Source: Planctomyces sp.
Lineage (GTDB): Bacteria; Planctomycetota; Planctomycetia; Planctomycetales; Planctomycetaceae
Direction of reading: 5' to 3'
Assembly (NCBI GenBank): GCA_031375695.1
Contig: JANMIF010000512.1
Coordinates: 1,479 to 65,478 of the forward strand
DNA length: 64,000 nucleotides
Part shown: positions 1 through 9,419 of the stretch, piece by piece
Position numbering within the stretch: the first letter of the stretch is position 1
Layout: each line of letters opens with the position of its first letter
Translations under genes and position numbers: made by a program
Notes under the pieces: generated by a model
What the model was told of the DNA's origin: nothing
The model's input: the letters and a program-made list of their open reading frames with translations, nothing else
The model's database searches: none

Positions 1-689
1 TTCTCGAGCGTATGTACCTTCAGATCGTGATTCACGATCGACTGCTGCAACTCCGCCTTGGTCTTGCCGACGTCGGCGGCATCGACCAGCGCCAGCACGT
101 CGCCCCGTTTCACTTTGTCGCCGACTTGTTTTTCAACGCGGAACAACGTTCCAGAAACGCGTGACGACAACCGCGCCGCGTGAGTCGGATCGAAGCCGAT
201 CTCGCCGTTCGCCATGACCGATTCGGAAATCGAAGCGTACTTGGCCGGAGTCACTTCGATGCCCAGCCGTTCGATGATCTCTGTCGACGCGAACTGAATC
301 CGCCGCTGCTGTAACTTGCACTTGCTGTTGTTCTCTGGACGCGGTGTGAAGTTCAGGGCGTCTTTTGAATGCGGCTTCTCTTCCGCCGCGACCTCGCTGG
401 CATTTGGAATCTGCGCGATGCCTGGATTACAAACAGGGCATTCATGCACGCCATGAATCTTGCACCAACCCCGTTCCTTGGCCGGCGGCAAGCAACCTTT
501 GCGGCACTCGACGCATTCTGAATCCGGGACGTTGTGCGCTTCACACCAATCGTCTTTCTCGACGATGGCCTGCCCGCGCAGTTCCGAGAACTTCGGAATT
601 CGCCAGTGAGTCTTTTGCCCGGCGAACACCAAACCGCTGACCGCCGCCAAAGCGATCACGCCGGGAATGGCATGTCCCATCCAGCTCAT
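1..689 (-). CDS. HlyD/RND-type periplasmic adaptor (membrane fusion protein), C-terminus cut by the window edge; not in the supplied ORF track
   Basis: The reverse frame from ATG at 689 is open to base 1. It reads MSWMGHAIPGVIALAAVSGLVFAGQKTHWRIPKF..DDWCEAHNVPDSECVEC..GWCKIHGVHECPVC..VGDKVKRGDVLALVDAADVGKTKAELQQS. This is paralogous to the 842-2500 adaptor (IGDTVKAGELLAIIDAAEVGKAKTEF). Track ORFs 133-321, 353-544, 365-640 and 541-780 are off-frame overlaps. Confidence 0.85.
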   Translation of the reverse strand, partial: MSWMGHAIPGVIALAAVSGLVFAGQKTHWRIPKFSELRGQAIVEKDDWCEAHNVPDSECVECRKGCLPPAKERGWCKIHGVHECPVCNPGIAQIPNASEVAAEEKPHSKDALNFTPRPENNSKCKLQQRRIQFASTEIIERLGIEVTPAKYASISESVMANGEIGFDPTHAARLSSRVSGTLFRVEKQVGDKVKRGDVLALVDAADVGKTKAELQQSIVNHDLKVHTLE

Positions 690-841
690 CAACCGGCCGG
701 TCAGTGAGCGACGTGGCGGCGAACAGTCGCGGTTTTCCGTGTTTGGAGTGTGAAATTCTGTTATGTTGAGTCTCCGTCATAATTCGCCGTCAGTCCCGGC
801 TACTCACGAAAGTCGAGCCAAGATCGCCAACGGGGGGAATT

Positions 842-2500
842 TCATTGTTGGATTTGCTTTTGGCTCTTGCCGTTTTTGTCCGCGATCGGAGTTCGGTGCT
901 CCGAATGTCGGTGACTTGCCACTGTGACTGAATGACTTCGTTTGAGTTCTTCCGCCAGCAGTACGCTCCCTTTGGTGACAACCACTTCGCCAAGCGCGAC
1001 GCCGACGATGAGCTCCGTATTCAAGGCATTCTTCGCGCCAGTGCGAACCATCCGCGCGTAATACACCTTCGGCCCGTTCGGTTTCAAAAAGTCCTTGTCT
1101 CTGACGAACACGAGTTGGCAGCCACCCACGGCTTGCACGGCTTCGTTCGGGACCGTGATTGCGTGCGGTTCCTCACGGAGCACGATCCGGCCAACGCCCA
1201 AGGCAGACGCTCGCAACTTGCCTTCCGCGTTCGGCATGACGACTCGCACGGGAATCGTGCGAGTCGTCTCGTCCGCCGATGTACTGATCCAATCGACATG
1301 CCCTGTGAACTCCGTTTTGACACCGTCCGGCCGGAACCGCACGGCTTGGCCAACTTGGATCCAGCTCGCGTCCGTCGCCATGACGTTGAGGTTGGCCCCC
1401 ATTTGCCGCGGGTCGGCCACGACGAATAGCACGTCCGCCGGATCAACGACCTCACCGGCGATGACATCGACCTGCATCACCACGCCATCGAGCGGTGCTC
1501 GCAACGGCAACAGCGTCCCTGGAAGGTCTTCATCGGCCGCACTCTTTGGCAGCTCGCGAGACAGTCCCAGCCGTTGCAGTTGATTCGCGATTTCGTCCAC
1601 TTCCAGCTTGCCAAACTCTGCTGCCTTGACCAACAGTCCGAGATTGACGAGCGCTTGCTCGGCACTGAGCAGCCGGACATCGGCATCACGGCGAGCGGCC
1701 TCGGCTTCTTTTTTCTGTCGTTCCGGCACCGGCGCGTTTTTTAGATTAGCCAAGGCCTGTGTCTTGAGCCGCACCTGCACGATGCCATGCAGAAACTCGG
1801 TTTTTGCTTTGCCGACTTCGGCTGCGTCGATGATCGCCAGCAACTCGCCCGCTTTGACGGTATCGCCGATTTGCTTGATGACTCGCCATGCCGTCCCCGG
1901 CACTCGTGCCGCCAGCCGAGCCACTCGAGTCGCGTCAAAGTGGACCTCGCCGCTCGCAGAGATTGACTCGGTCATCGTCGCTTCCCAAACCGGCGCGACA
2001 TCAATCCCCAACTTGTCCGCCGCCTCTTTCGATGCCACTCGCACACGGCTGCCACTTGCCAAACATTGCGGATCGTTCGCCGCCCGCTCGCGAGCCGTGA
2101 ACGCTTTCTGGACTCGCTCTAACTCCTCGGCCGAAGCCGGCTCCAACGGCTGACTGACCTGCGCAAGCGATCGATCACACAGCGGACACGCCGCGACTCC
2201 GTGTTGTTCGCACCACTTGGCACTCGACGCCGAGCCGCTCGTGGACGCATCGGTTTCGGTCGTCAACAAGTCCCCCACTTTTTCGTCTGTCGCAGATTTC
2301 GCACCGTCATGATGCGAGGTCGAGAACTTCCATTCCGTGTGATGTCCCCAATACGCGACACCCGCCAACAGCGCGAACGTCAGTAACATCGGCATTGAGC
2401 CAACGACCGTTCGGAACCAGCTTTGCTGCTCCGGAAATTGATGTTCTTGGCCCATCGGCTCGGTGGGAGCCGAAACGGGCGCACTGGAAGAAGTGGACAT
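842..2500 (-). CDS. HlyD/RND-type efflux periplasmic adaptor subunit
   Basis: 552-554 aa ORF (ATG at 2500, alternative GTG at 2506). It has an N-terminal TM segment, the motif WCEQHGVAACPLCD, a lipoyl-like segment IGDTVKAGELLAIIDAAEVGKAKTEF, a coiled-coil region and a beta-barrel-like C-terminal half, as expected for membrane fusion proteins. Confidence 0.85.
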   Translation of the reverse strand: MSTSSSAPVSAPTEPMGQEHQFPEQQSWFRTVVGSMPMLLTFALLAGVAYWGHHTEWKFSTSHHDGAKSATDEKVGDLLTTETDASTSGSASSAKWCEQHGVAACPLCDRSLAQVSQPLEPASAEELERVQKAFTARERAANDPQCLASGSRVRVASKEAADKLGIDVAPVWEATMTESISASGEVHFDATRVARLAARVPGTAWRVIKQIGDTVKAGELLAIIDAAEVGKAKTEFLHGIVQVRLKTQALANLKNAPVPERQKKEAEAARRDADVRLLSAEQALVNLGLLVKAAEFGKLEVDEIANQLQRLGLSRELPKSAADEDLPGTLLPLRAPLDGVVMQVDVIAGEVVDPADVLFVVADPRQMGANLNVMATDASWIQVGQAVRFRPDGVKTEFTGHVDWISTSADETTRTIPVRVVMPNAEGKLRASALGVGRIVLREEPHAITVPNEAVQAVGGCQLVFVRDKDFLKPNGPKVYYARMVRTGAKNALNTELIVGVALGEVVVTKGSVLLAEELKRSHSVTVASHRHSEHRTPIADKNGKSQKQIQQ

Positions 2501-2628
2501 GATCACGTCCCGTGAAAGAATCGCGTGAGCTCCCGTTCATCCAACTCGGACGGCGGGGGAACGATCACGCAACGACGCCAACAACACTCGCAGCCTTCAG
2601 CCGCGAACAAGCGTCATGCGGAACGCGC

Positions 2629-3105
2629 TTACACGCGCATAACTACGGTCGCCGCGGCGACCAAATGCGGCGACTCATGCAGTCTGAACAGCGACCGCTG
2701 AAGGCTCGCGTTTTCCAAAGCTCGCAGCATTACGATGAGATCCAACATTTTCGGTGTCGGAACGAAAACCTCAGATTGTGACAGTTCATCCGAAGCCAAA
2801 GACTTCGGTTGCACTTGTGACCCCGCCTCCAGCGGCGAATGCTGACAGGAACAATTCTCACAACGAACCTGCCACCCCACGGCAACATCCTGCTCGTTTT
2901 GATCCTCGTCGTCGTGATGGTGGCCGCATGTCGCCCCATGACACACTTCCGGTGAATGTTTTTGCGAGAGGCAATGACAGCCGTGCCCAACCAGTTCCAG
3001 GCACATATGCCCGCTCGGAGCGACGCAGCGAACAAGGTAAACCGGCCCCATTAAGGCCATACCCTGAGCCACCATCGCGACCAAAATTGTCAACCAGCGA
3101 GCCAT
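2629..3105 (-). CDS. small Cys/His-rich membrane-anchored protein (putative metal-binding), first gene of the adaptor operon
   Basis: The internal ATG at 3105 gives MARWLTILVAMVAQGMALMG (hydrophobic N-terminus). This is followed by HMCLELVGHGCHCLSQKHSPEVCHGATCGHHHDDED..RCENCSCQH. It is co-oriented with, and directly upstream of, the two adaptors. Confidence 0.6.
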   Translation of the reverse strand: MARWLTILVAMVAQGMALMGPVYLVRCVAPSGHMCLELVGHGCHCLSQKHSPEVCHGATCGHHHDDEDQNEQDVAVGWQVRCENCSCQHSPLEAGSQVQPKSLASDELSQSEVFVPTPKMLDLIVMLRALENASLQRSLFRLHESPHLVAAATVVMRV

Positions 3106-3353
3106 GATTCCGCAAATCCTCCATCCCTGATCCAGTGTTCGGCATTCCACAAGTTCTGACTGAGCCAACCTTAGCGGAGTCTCGGTTTTGATTGAAGGGC
3201 ATTCCGCAAACATTGAAGAGTTTGCCTAGTTTCGCGACTCTCGTTGCTCGCAGCATCTCTTCGATCTGTGTTTCTGACGAACGGTCGGAGCCGATTGAAA
3301 ACTTTCTCGGCCGGTGCTTTCCTGATGGCGAGTGAGCGGACTACAAAGCCGAC

Positions 3354-4427
3354 ATGTCCTCTGCACCGCTGATCTTGCTGCTGGCTGATTCGTTTTCATT
3401 GCGGGGGACGAGTGCGTACACGTTGAGGCTGGCTAGGCATTTGCCTGCCAGCGAGAGCCGAGTGAAAGTTGTCTGCCCTGACGGTCAACTTCTATCGACA
3501 GATGCCAAGCGGGAGCTGTTCGTTGTCGAATATCCGTACCTGCTTTCTCCGCTATGGGGCTGTGTGACGCGGCGCTGGCTCCGGCGAGACTTGTTAAACG
3601 ATCCTCCGGCACTGATCCATGTGCAATCGCGATCTATGTTGCGGCTGGGAATGTGGCTGGCCAAACGAATCGGTTGTCCGCTCGTACTGACAATGCACGA
3701 CTTTTTGGCGCGAAACGAGCGATTGCCGTTTCAGACCACTTGGGGTCGCCGCGTGATTGCGGTCAGCGAGCCGGTGCGCGAGGCGTTAATTCAACAGGCC
3801 AAGTTGCCGCCGAATTTGATCGATGTCATTCCCAGCGGTGTGGAAGAGTGCAATCAGCCACTTCAACCGGTGCTTGACCCGCATCGCACGCCGGTGATTG
3901 GCACGGCCGGGCCGTTGGAGGTCGTTAAAGGTTTGCCCTTTTTTCTGGGAGCCGCACAGCAAGTGCTCGCCGCCGGCGCGGTGGCGGAATTCGTGGTTGT
4001 CGGGGCTGGGCCAGAAGAGGTCAATCTGCGCCGCTTGTCGCGCGAGTTGGGGATTGCCGGACAAGTAACATTTGTGCCGAATGTGTTGGACCTGAAGGGG
4101 TCACTGTCGGCGATGGACATGTTTTGTTTGCCATCGTTGCGACAAGGCTTGGGGACGATCATGCTTGAGGCGATGGCGCTCGGTCGGCCGGTCATCGCCA
4201 CCAGCGTAGATGGCGTGAACTCCGTCGTGAAAGACGACGAAACCGGATTGCTGGTGACACCAGGGAACAGCGGCGAGCTTGCGAGGCGGATGCTGGAATT
4301 GCTGCGTGACCCGTTTCGCGCCCGGAGGATTGCCGAAGCGGGGCGAGATTTGGTTCGCCGCGAGTTCGGCGTGGACCGCATGGCGCAACAAACGCTCGCA
4401 GTCTATCGGCAGGTGCTGGCGGAATGA
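3354..4427 (+). CDS. glycosyltransferase family 4 (GT1-fold)
   Basis: 357 aa. The C-terminal motif EAMALGRPVIATSVDGVNSVVKDDETGLLV is typical of Glycos_transf_1. Confidence 0.85.
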   Translation: MSSAPLILLLADSFSLRGTSAYTLRLARHLPASESRVKVVCPDGQLLSTDAKRELFVVEYPYLLSPLWGCVTRRWLRRDLLNDPPALIHVQSRSMLRLGMWLAKRIGCPLVLTMHDFLARNERLPFQTTWGRRVIAVSEPVREALIQQAKLPPNLIDVIPSGVEECNQPLQPVLDPHRTPVIGTAGPLEVVKGLPFFLGAAQQVLAAGAVAEFVVVGAGPEEVNLRRLSRELGIAGQVTFVPNVLDLKGSLSAMDMFCLPSLRQGLGTIMLEAMALGRPVIATSVDGVNSVVKDDETGLLVTPGNSGELARRMLELLRDPFRARRIAEAGRDLVRREFGVDRMAQQTLAVYRQVLAE

Positions 4428-4448
4428 CGAATCACTGAAGGACGAATC

Positions 4449-5627
4449 ATGCACGCGGAAATCATTGCCATCGGCACGGAGTTGACGACTGGCGCGAAGT
4501 TGGACACGAACAGTCAATGGCTGAGCGTGGAGTTGGCGTCAGTTGGGCTGCCGGTGCTGGCGCATACCACGATCGCGGATGATTTACCCGCGATGATTGA
4601 ATTGCTGCGGATGGCGGTGCGGCGCTCGGATGTCGTGCTGATCACCGGCGGGCTGGGTCCAACGCTCGACGATTTGACGCGTGAGGCTATCGCCCAGTCG
4701 GCCGGAGTCGAGCTGGTTTTGCATGAGCCAAGCCTGCGGCACATTCGCGATATGTTCGCCAAACGAAAGCGCGAGATGCCAGAGCGAAACGTCATTCAAG
4801 CTCAGTTCCCCTTCGGCAGCGAACCGATCAACAACCCGCATGGAACGGCTCCGGGGATTTGGCTGGAGTTGCCGCGCGATGGCGGCGGGCGTTGTTTGAT
4901 CGCCGCGATGCCCGGTGTCCCCAGCGAAATGAAGCCTATGTTTCGCGACCAAGTGTTGCCACGGCTGCCTCGTTCCGATCGAGTTATTCGGCGAGCACGA
5001 ATCAATTGTTTTGGTGTCGGCGAATCGGCCTGCGAGCAGCAACTCGGCGACGTGACCGCGCGCGGACGTGACCCGGAAGTCGGCATCACGGTTCACGAGG
5101 GAACGATCACGCTGCGGATTGAAGCTCACGGAGCAAGTGAAGCGGAATGCGACGCCAAAATCGCCGCGACCAAACAATTGATCCACGAACGACTCGGCGA
5201 ACTGGTCTTCGGCGAGGAAGACGAACAACTCGAAGACATCGTGGCTCGCGAGTTGATCCGACGCGGTCAAACGGTCGCAATTGCCGACGAGACGACGGGA
5301 GGAATTTTGTCGTCTTGGCTGATTGCCGTCCCGCAAGGCGAGCAGCATTTTGTCGGCGGTTTGATTGGCCGGACAGGTCAGTCCGGCGACGCGGCTCAAT
5401 TGGCCGCCGCCGTCCGATCGCAGTTCGGTGCGGACTTCGGGATCGCAATCACGGGAAGCTTGTCGGTAACCGCCCCAAACACTGGCGAGATTCCGAAGTT
5501 GGACATCGGCTTGGCCAGCGCTACCGGAGCCGAATCCCACGAGCATGTCCCGGTTGCCGACATTTCATTTGCTCGCAGCCGCGTGGCCAAGACGGCGCTC
5601 GACTTGTTGAGGCTGCGCTTGAAGTAG
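4449..5627 (+). CDS. cinA: CinA family protein (MoCF-binding domain + nicotinamide-nucleotide amidohydrolase PncC-like domain)
   Basis: 392 aa beginning MHAEIIAIGTELTTGAKLDTNSQWLS. GAAGGA Shine-Dalgarno upstream. Confidence 0.85.
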   Translation: MHAEIIAIGTELTTGAKLDTNSQWLSVELASVGLPVLAHTTIADDLPAMIELLRMAVRRSDVVLITGGLGPTLDDLTREAIAQSAGVELVLHEPSLRHIRDMFAKRKREMPERNVIQAQFPFGSEPINNPHGTAPGIWLELPRDGGGRCLIAAMPGVPSEMKPMFRDQVLPRLPRSDRVIRRARINCFGVGESACEQQLGDVTARGRDPEVGITVHEGTITLRIEAHGASEAECDAKIAATKQLIHERLGELVFGEEDEQLEDIVARELIRRGQTVAIADETTGGILSSWLIAVPQGEQHFVGGLIGRTGQSGDAAQLAAAVRSQFGADFGIAITGSLSVTAPNTGEIPKLDIGLASATGAESHEHVPVADISFARSRVAKTALDLLRLRLK

Positions 5628-5656
5628 CTCAGTTGCTCCCGCAACTGAGATTTTTA
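5628..5656 (+). terminator. hairpin + T-run immediately after the cinA stop codon
   Basis: ctcagttgc(5628-5636) tccc gcaactgag(5641-5649) followed by attttt. The cinA TAG stop (5625-5627) sits inside a GTAGC motif that precedes the stem. Confidence 0.7.
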
Positions 5657-5729
5657 GTGAGGCGTTGTCTCAGGCGAATGAACTGCAAACCTGACTCGAT
5701 CAGGACGTGTTTTGGAAATAAAGCAGCGT

Positions 5730-6140
5730 TTAGATGTCGAGCACCATTTCGGCGATCCAATCAACGTCCGTTTGTTGCACGAACAGGCCGTGATACGTGA
5801 TCGCTTTGACTTCGTGAGCCAGCCGATGCCGGGCCCGGTCGCACGGTTCGCCGACCATTGAGGCTTCCATTCCGTCGGCGTCGATTCGCACCGAGAAGTC
5901 ACGGCCCAAGAACCCGACGGACTCGAACCGGAACAACAATTCGTTCAGCCAATCAAACAGCAGGTAATCAAGCTGTGTTCCGACGACACGGATCGTTTCG
6001 GATTGTTCCGGCCGCACGTCATCCGCGTTCTCGACCAGCAGCGACGTCAGGCCGCGAGCCGCTTCGACGAACAATTCGTCGCGCGTTGCCGCATGAATTC
6101 GCAAGCCGATGTCGGCCGTGTGGTCGAAGGTTTCAAACAT
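5730..6140 (-). CDS. archease
   Basis: 136 aa beginning MFETFDHTADIGLRIHAATRDELF, the canonical archease N-terminus. Confidence 0.85.
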   Translation of the reverse strand: MFETFDHTADIGLRIHAATRDELFVEAARGLTSLLVENADDVRPEQSETIRVVGTQLDYLLFDWLNELLFRFESVGFLGRDFSVRIDADGMEASMVGEPCDRARHRLAHEVKAITYHGLFVQQTDVDWIAEMVLDI

Positions 6141-6150
6141 ACCAATGCTT

Positions 6151-6176
6151 TGAGTTGAAGTCTGAAATCTGAGATT
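6151..6176 (+). repeat. tandem TGARRTY heptamers (tgaagtc tgaaatc tgagatt)
   Basis: Read directly at 6156-6162, 6163-6169 and 6170-6176. The same array type occurs at 12119-12146 and 59214-59234. Confidence 0.7.
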
Positions 6177-6233
6177 CGCGGGAATGGTACGGGGGATGAA
6201 AACAACTCTGTTGTTGTGTAGCTCGTTTTTCTT

Positions 6234-6300
6234 GTAGCCCGGTTTTTCAAACCGGGCGAGTTCGTTTCGACCGGTTTGAAAAACCGGCCTGCGAGGTCGT
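6234..6300 (+). repeat. GTAGC-anchored double-hairpin REP-like element
   Basis: gtagc(6234-6238), then cccggttt ttc aaaccggg (6238-6256), a linker gcgagttcgtttcga, then ccggttt gaa aaaccgg (6271-6287). Both stems use the same sequence. Confidence 0.7.
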
Positions 6301-6312
6301 TCTGCCTCTCCC

Positions 6313-7059
6313 TTAGACCAATCGCCGTGATTCTAATTCCAGTCCGTCGGCCAGGAATTGCATGGCCCGTGCAGCTTGGTGATTGAAATAGTCCCATGAA
6401 TGGCCACCGTGCGATGTTGTGAAGTCGGACTCGAACGGAATGCCCGACGATCGCAACTTGCTGGCGAGCCGTTCGCAACCAGGGAAGCAATCTCGGTCCA
6501 TCGGATCGCAGGCCAGCCACTGCTGCTTCGGCCAATTCAAGCCTTGCACTTGCACCACGACCGTTTGTTGCCGAACCGCTTCGACGTTCGGGAACATTTC
6601 GTCAAGCGGCAGTCCCTGGCCGTACCAATCTTGCACATCCACCACCGGCGACAACGCGGCAACGACCGGAAACTCTTGCGGATGCCGATATGCCAATTGC
6701 AAAACGCCTTGTCCACCCATGCTGACGCCAAGCAACCCGATGCCGCGAGTCCGGACATCCCACGTCTGTGACAACCACGGCAACACTTGCGATCGAATGT
6801 GCCCGATCGGCGACAACTCCACATCGAACTCTGGGCATACGACCGGCATCCACCACGATCTCTGGCCGTGCGGACAGATCGCTCGCAAGCCGTGCCGGTC
6901 CAGTTCACGCGAATAAACATCGTTGCCGACCAGCGTTTGGCATCCATGTCCGTGCAAAAACAATACGGTTTGCGCTGGTCGGCGAGAGTTTGCGGGGTCG
7001 AATACATCCGCGCGTTTGCCAGCAATCTCGATCGTCTGCCAAGTTCCGTATGAAGTCAT
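6313..7059 (-). CDS. alpha/beta-hydrolase, putative esterase family
   Basis: 248 aa. Contains FLHGHG and the nucleophile-elbow-like GVSMGGQG. Confidence 0.75.
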   Translation of the reverse strand: MTSYGTWQTIEIAGKRADVFDPANSRRPAQTVLFLHGHGCQTLVGNDVYSRELDRHGLRAICPHGQRSWWMPVVCPEFDVELSPIGHIRSQVLPWLSQTWDVRTRGIGLLGVSMGGQGVLQLAYRHPQEFPVVAALSPVVDVQDWYGQGLPLDEMFPNVEAVRQQTVVVQVQGLNWPKQQWLACDPMDRDCFPGCERLASKLRSSGIPFESDFTTSHGGHSWDYFNHQAARAMQFLADGLELESRRLV

Positions 7060-7486
7060 CGTGTGAGCCCAATTTCATGTGGTCCTACACACTTACCCGA
7101 CGTGCCAGTCAGGACGCGTCAGGTTAGTGTGTCGCAGCGTCTCGCGTCCGTTGTCTAAACGCAACGCCAGGACGACATCTTGCCCTTGAGTCTCACCACT
7201 GCGGCGAGTTTTCCGACTCCGAAAATCTTGCTCGTTTTGCGAGTGTCAACAGTCACGCAAACTTGTCGGCAGGTCGGATCGCTGCACGATTGCTACGACC
7301 GACAGTACACGCTCGACATTGAAAAGTTTCGACGCGTGAATCCCTGATCGGATCGCTCACGCTCAAGTTTTGGTGGATGCTGTGGCGGGCAAGTCACTCA
7401 CGAATTGGTTGGCGAGTGATGGGTTCCGGGAGATTCCGGGTCATGGTCTTGTCGGCGAAATAGCCGGCTATCAGGAAAGGGAACGT

Positions 7487-7900
7487 ATGCGAAAGTTTGC
7501 ATTTGGGATGGTGGCATTGGCGGGCGTGGCAGCGTTGGCGGGATCAGCGGAAGCTCGCGAACGACGGTTCTTGTTCTTCCGTTACGACGACGGTCGCAAC
7601 TACTCGCAGCCGATGAATTATCAACCGGCGCCGCAACAACAGCAGGCTCAGACGCCGCCCGCTGCGCCTCCGGCTCAGGAAGCGGTTCAAACGCCAGTTG
7701 TGCAAGCACCCGCGGCCCAGCCCGCGCAGGCTCCGGCGACACAGCCAGCTCAGCCAATGGGCGTGCAACAGCCGATGCAACAACAGTATTACAACAACAA
7801 TTACAATAACAACGGTTACAACAACCGCTCGAATGGCGGGTTCTTCGACGGCATCATGGAGTTTGAACGCCGCAAGAATGCTTGGTTGTTCGGCCGTTAA
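7487..7900 (+). CDS. secreted low-complexity (Q/P/A then N/Y-rich) protein
   Basis: The ATG at 7487 is preceded by AGGAAAGG. Signal peptide [23 protein letters not shown], then [19 protein letters not shown]...[21 protein letters not shown]. The track start at 7370 is probably too far upstream. Confidence 0.7.
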   Translation: MRKFAFGMVALAGVAALAGSAEARERRFLFFRYDDGRNYSQPMNYQPAPQQQQAQTPPAAPPAQEAVQTPVVQAPAAQPAQAPATQPAQPMGVQQPMQQQYYNNNYNNNGYNNRSNGGFFDGIMEFERRKNAWLFGR

Positions 7901-7946
7901 TCTTCCAGGAATCGACTTCCTTCCCGCACCGTCGTGCGGACTCTGG

Positions 7947-7981
7947 CGCTCGCCACACCCACAGTGTGGCGAGCGTTTTTC
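7947..7981 (+). terminator. rho-independent terminator
   Basis: cgctcgccacac(7947-7958) / gtgtggcgagcg(7964-7975) followed by tttttcgtttcg. Confidence 0.75.
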
Positions 7982-8154
7982 GTTTCGTGGAACGAGCGGG
8001 GCGCCTGTTCGATGTGTTCGGCAGGGAGCATAGGCGAGCCGCCAATGCCGAAGTGTCGAAACTTGTCACTCTCCCGCAGTCCAACTACAACCGCGTCGCA
8101 AAATCGTGGCGACGGAACGCTGCGAGGTCTTCAGACATCGGGAAAGAAACGGAC

Positions 8155-8946
8155 ATGGCGCGACTGACTCAAGCGGACTTGATTGACCTCAATCAAACCT
8201 TCGAAGAACGAACTCCTCAGGAACTGCTGGCCTGGGCGAAAAAAGCCTTTGGCGACAAGGTCGCGGCGCTCTCGGCCATGCAAGAGGCGGGCTGTGTCAT
8301 CTGTCACATGCTTTCGACCGCGAAGCTCGACATCCATGTGCTGTTCGTGGATACCGGAGTCAATTTTCAGGAGACGCTCGACACCCGCGATCGGATCATC
8401 AAAGAGTACGGCGTTGACATCGTCACCCTTTACCCGAAGCAGACGATGGCCGAGCAGACTCAGCAGCACGGCATTCTGTATTTGACTGTCGACGGCCAGA
8501 AGCAGTGCTGCCATATGCGGAAAGTCGAACCGATGAACGAAGTGGCCGGGCGGTATCACGCTTTCATTGGCAGTCTGCGTCGAGGCGAAGGGGGTCAGCG
8601 GGCGATGTGCCCCATCCTGCAAGTTGATACTGAAAACAATACGCTCCGTATCAATCCGCTGGCGATGATGACAAACGAGCAAATGGAAGCTTACGTCCAC
8701 GAGCACAAAGTCATTTTGAACCCGCTTCACAACCAAGGCTATTCGACCGTCGGCTGCAATCGCTGCACGACCCCGGTCCTGCCTGGTGAGCCGCATCGCG
8801 CCGGCCGATGGCGACATCTTGGCCCGTGGGCAGTGTCCTGCGGCATCAACCCTTCCGACCGCCAACAGGGAGCCAAACAAGTCATCGACCTGCCCCAAGA
8901 CGTCATCGACCGTGTTCTCGGTCGCGAGACCGACTTCGTGATCTAG
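8155..8946 (+). CDS. cysH: phosphoadenosine-phosphosulfate / adenylylsulfate reductase family (Fe-S type)
   Basis: From ATG 8155: [32 protein letters not shown]_reduct-like core. The Cys pair [12 protein letters not shown] plus GCNRCT match the 4Fe-4S cysteines of APS-reductase-type CysH. The track ORF start at 7882 is upstream read-in. Confidence 0.8.
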   Translation: MARLTQADLIDLNQTFEERTPQELLAWAKKAFGDKVAALSAMQEAGCVICHMLSTAKLDIHVLFVDTGVNFQETLDTRDRIIKEYGVDIVTLYPKQTMAEQTQQHGILYLTVDGQKQCCHMRKVEPMNEVAGRYHAFIGSLRRGEGGQRAMCPILQVDTENNTLRINPLAMMTNEQMEAYVHEHKVILNPLHNQGYSTVGCNRCTTPVLPGEPHRAGRWRHLGPWAVSCGINPSDRQQGAKQVIDLPQDVIDRVLGRETDFVI

Positions 8947-8968
8947 GCAGTGGATTTGAGCAACCGAT

Positions 8969-9409
8969 TCAACGGACTTTCGGTTTCATTGCTTTCTTTG
9001 TTGGTGATGGAATCGGCAAAGTCGCCCGCCCGATCATCCCGCCGATCGTGCTAGTAGCCGAAACAAACAGTGTCGTCCAAATCCAATGGTCCAGGCCGCC
9101 ATGTTGATCCCAATAGTTAACTGCGGCCCAGCCAGCCACCAGTCCTAAGACCACTCCTGTCCAAATACCGGGACTCCATGTCCGATGATCGGGGCGAAAA
9201 CGGAGCCATCCGATGCTTCCGATCAGGCTGGCGAGCGTTCCCAAAGGAGCGAAGATCAACCCGCCAATGTACTGACCGAATCCGCGCGTCCACGGCTCGC
9301 CTCCTGGTGCTTGAATCAGCGAGATCAGAAAGGCGATCCCCAGAAAGCCGACAACTGTCCCCAGCGATGCGACCCCAACGACAAGTAGGACGTTTTGCAG
9401 AATTCGCAC
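8969..9409 (-). CDS. hypothetical integral membrane protein (about 4 TM)
   Basis: 146 aa with four long hydrophobic segments rich in G/W. No family recognised. Confidence 0.6.
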   Translation of the reverse strand: MRILQNVLLVVGVASLGTVVGFLGIAFLISLIQAPGGEPWTRGFGQYIGGLIFAPLGTLASLIGSIGWLRFRPDHRTWSPGIWTGVVLGLVAGWAAVNYWDQHGGLDHWIWTTLFVSATSTIGGMIGRATLPIPSPTKKAMKPKVR

Positions 9410-9419
9410 AGTGAACTCG

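Noticed and set aside
133-780. Track ORFs 133-321(-), 353-544(-), 365-640(+) and 541-780(-) at the left edge
   Set aside because: All are overlapped by a single uninterrupted minus-strand frame (689 to 1) that encodes a clear HlyD-type adaptor paralog. Their own translations are R/G/S-rich junk typical of off-frame GC-rich DNA.
4584-5546. 320-aa minus-strand ORF inside cinA. Similar cases are 8131-8898, 12847-13782, 39695-40651 and 60730-61614
   Set aside because: Each is antisense to a gene with a confident family assignment. This is typical shadow-ORF behaviour in GC-rich DNA.
7901-8154. Sulfur/SAM-type riboswitch upstream of cysH
   Set aside because: I could not recognise any known riboswitch core in the ~170 nt after the terminator. 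Left unsupported.
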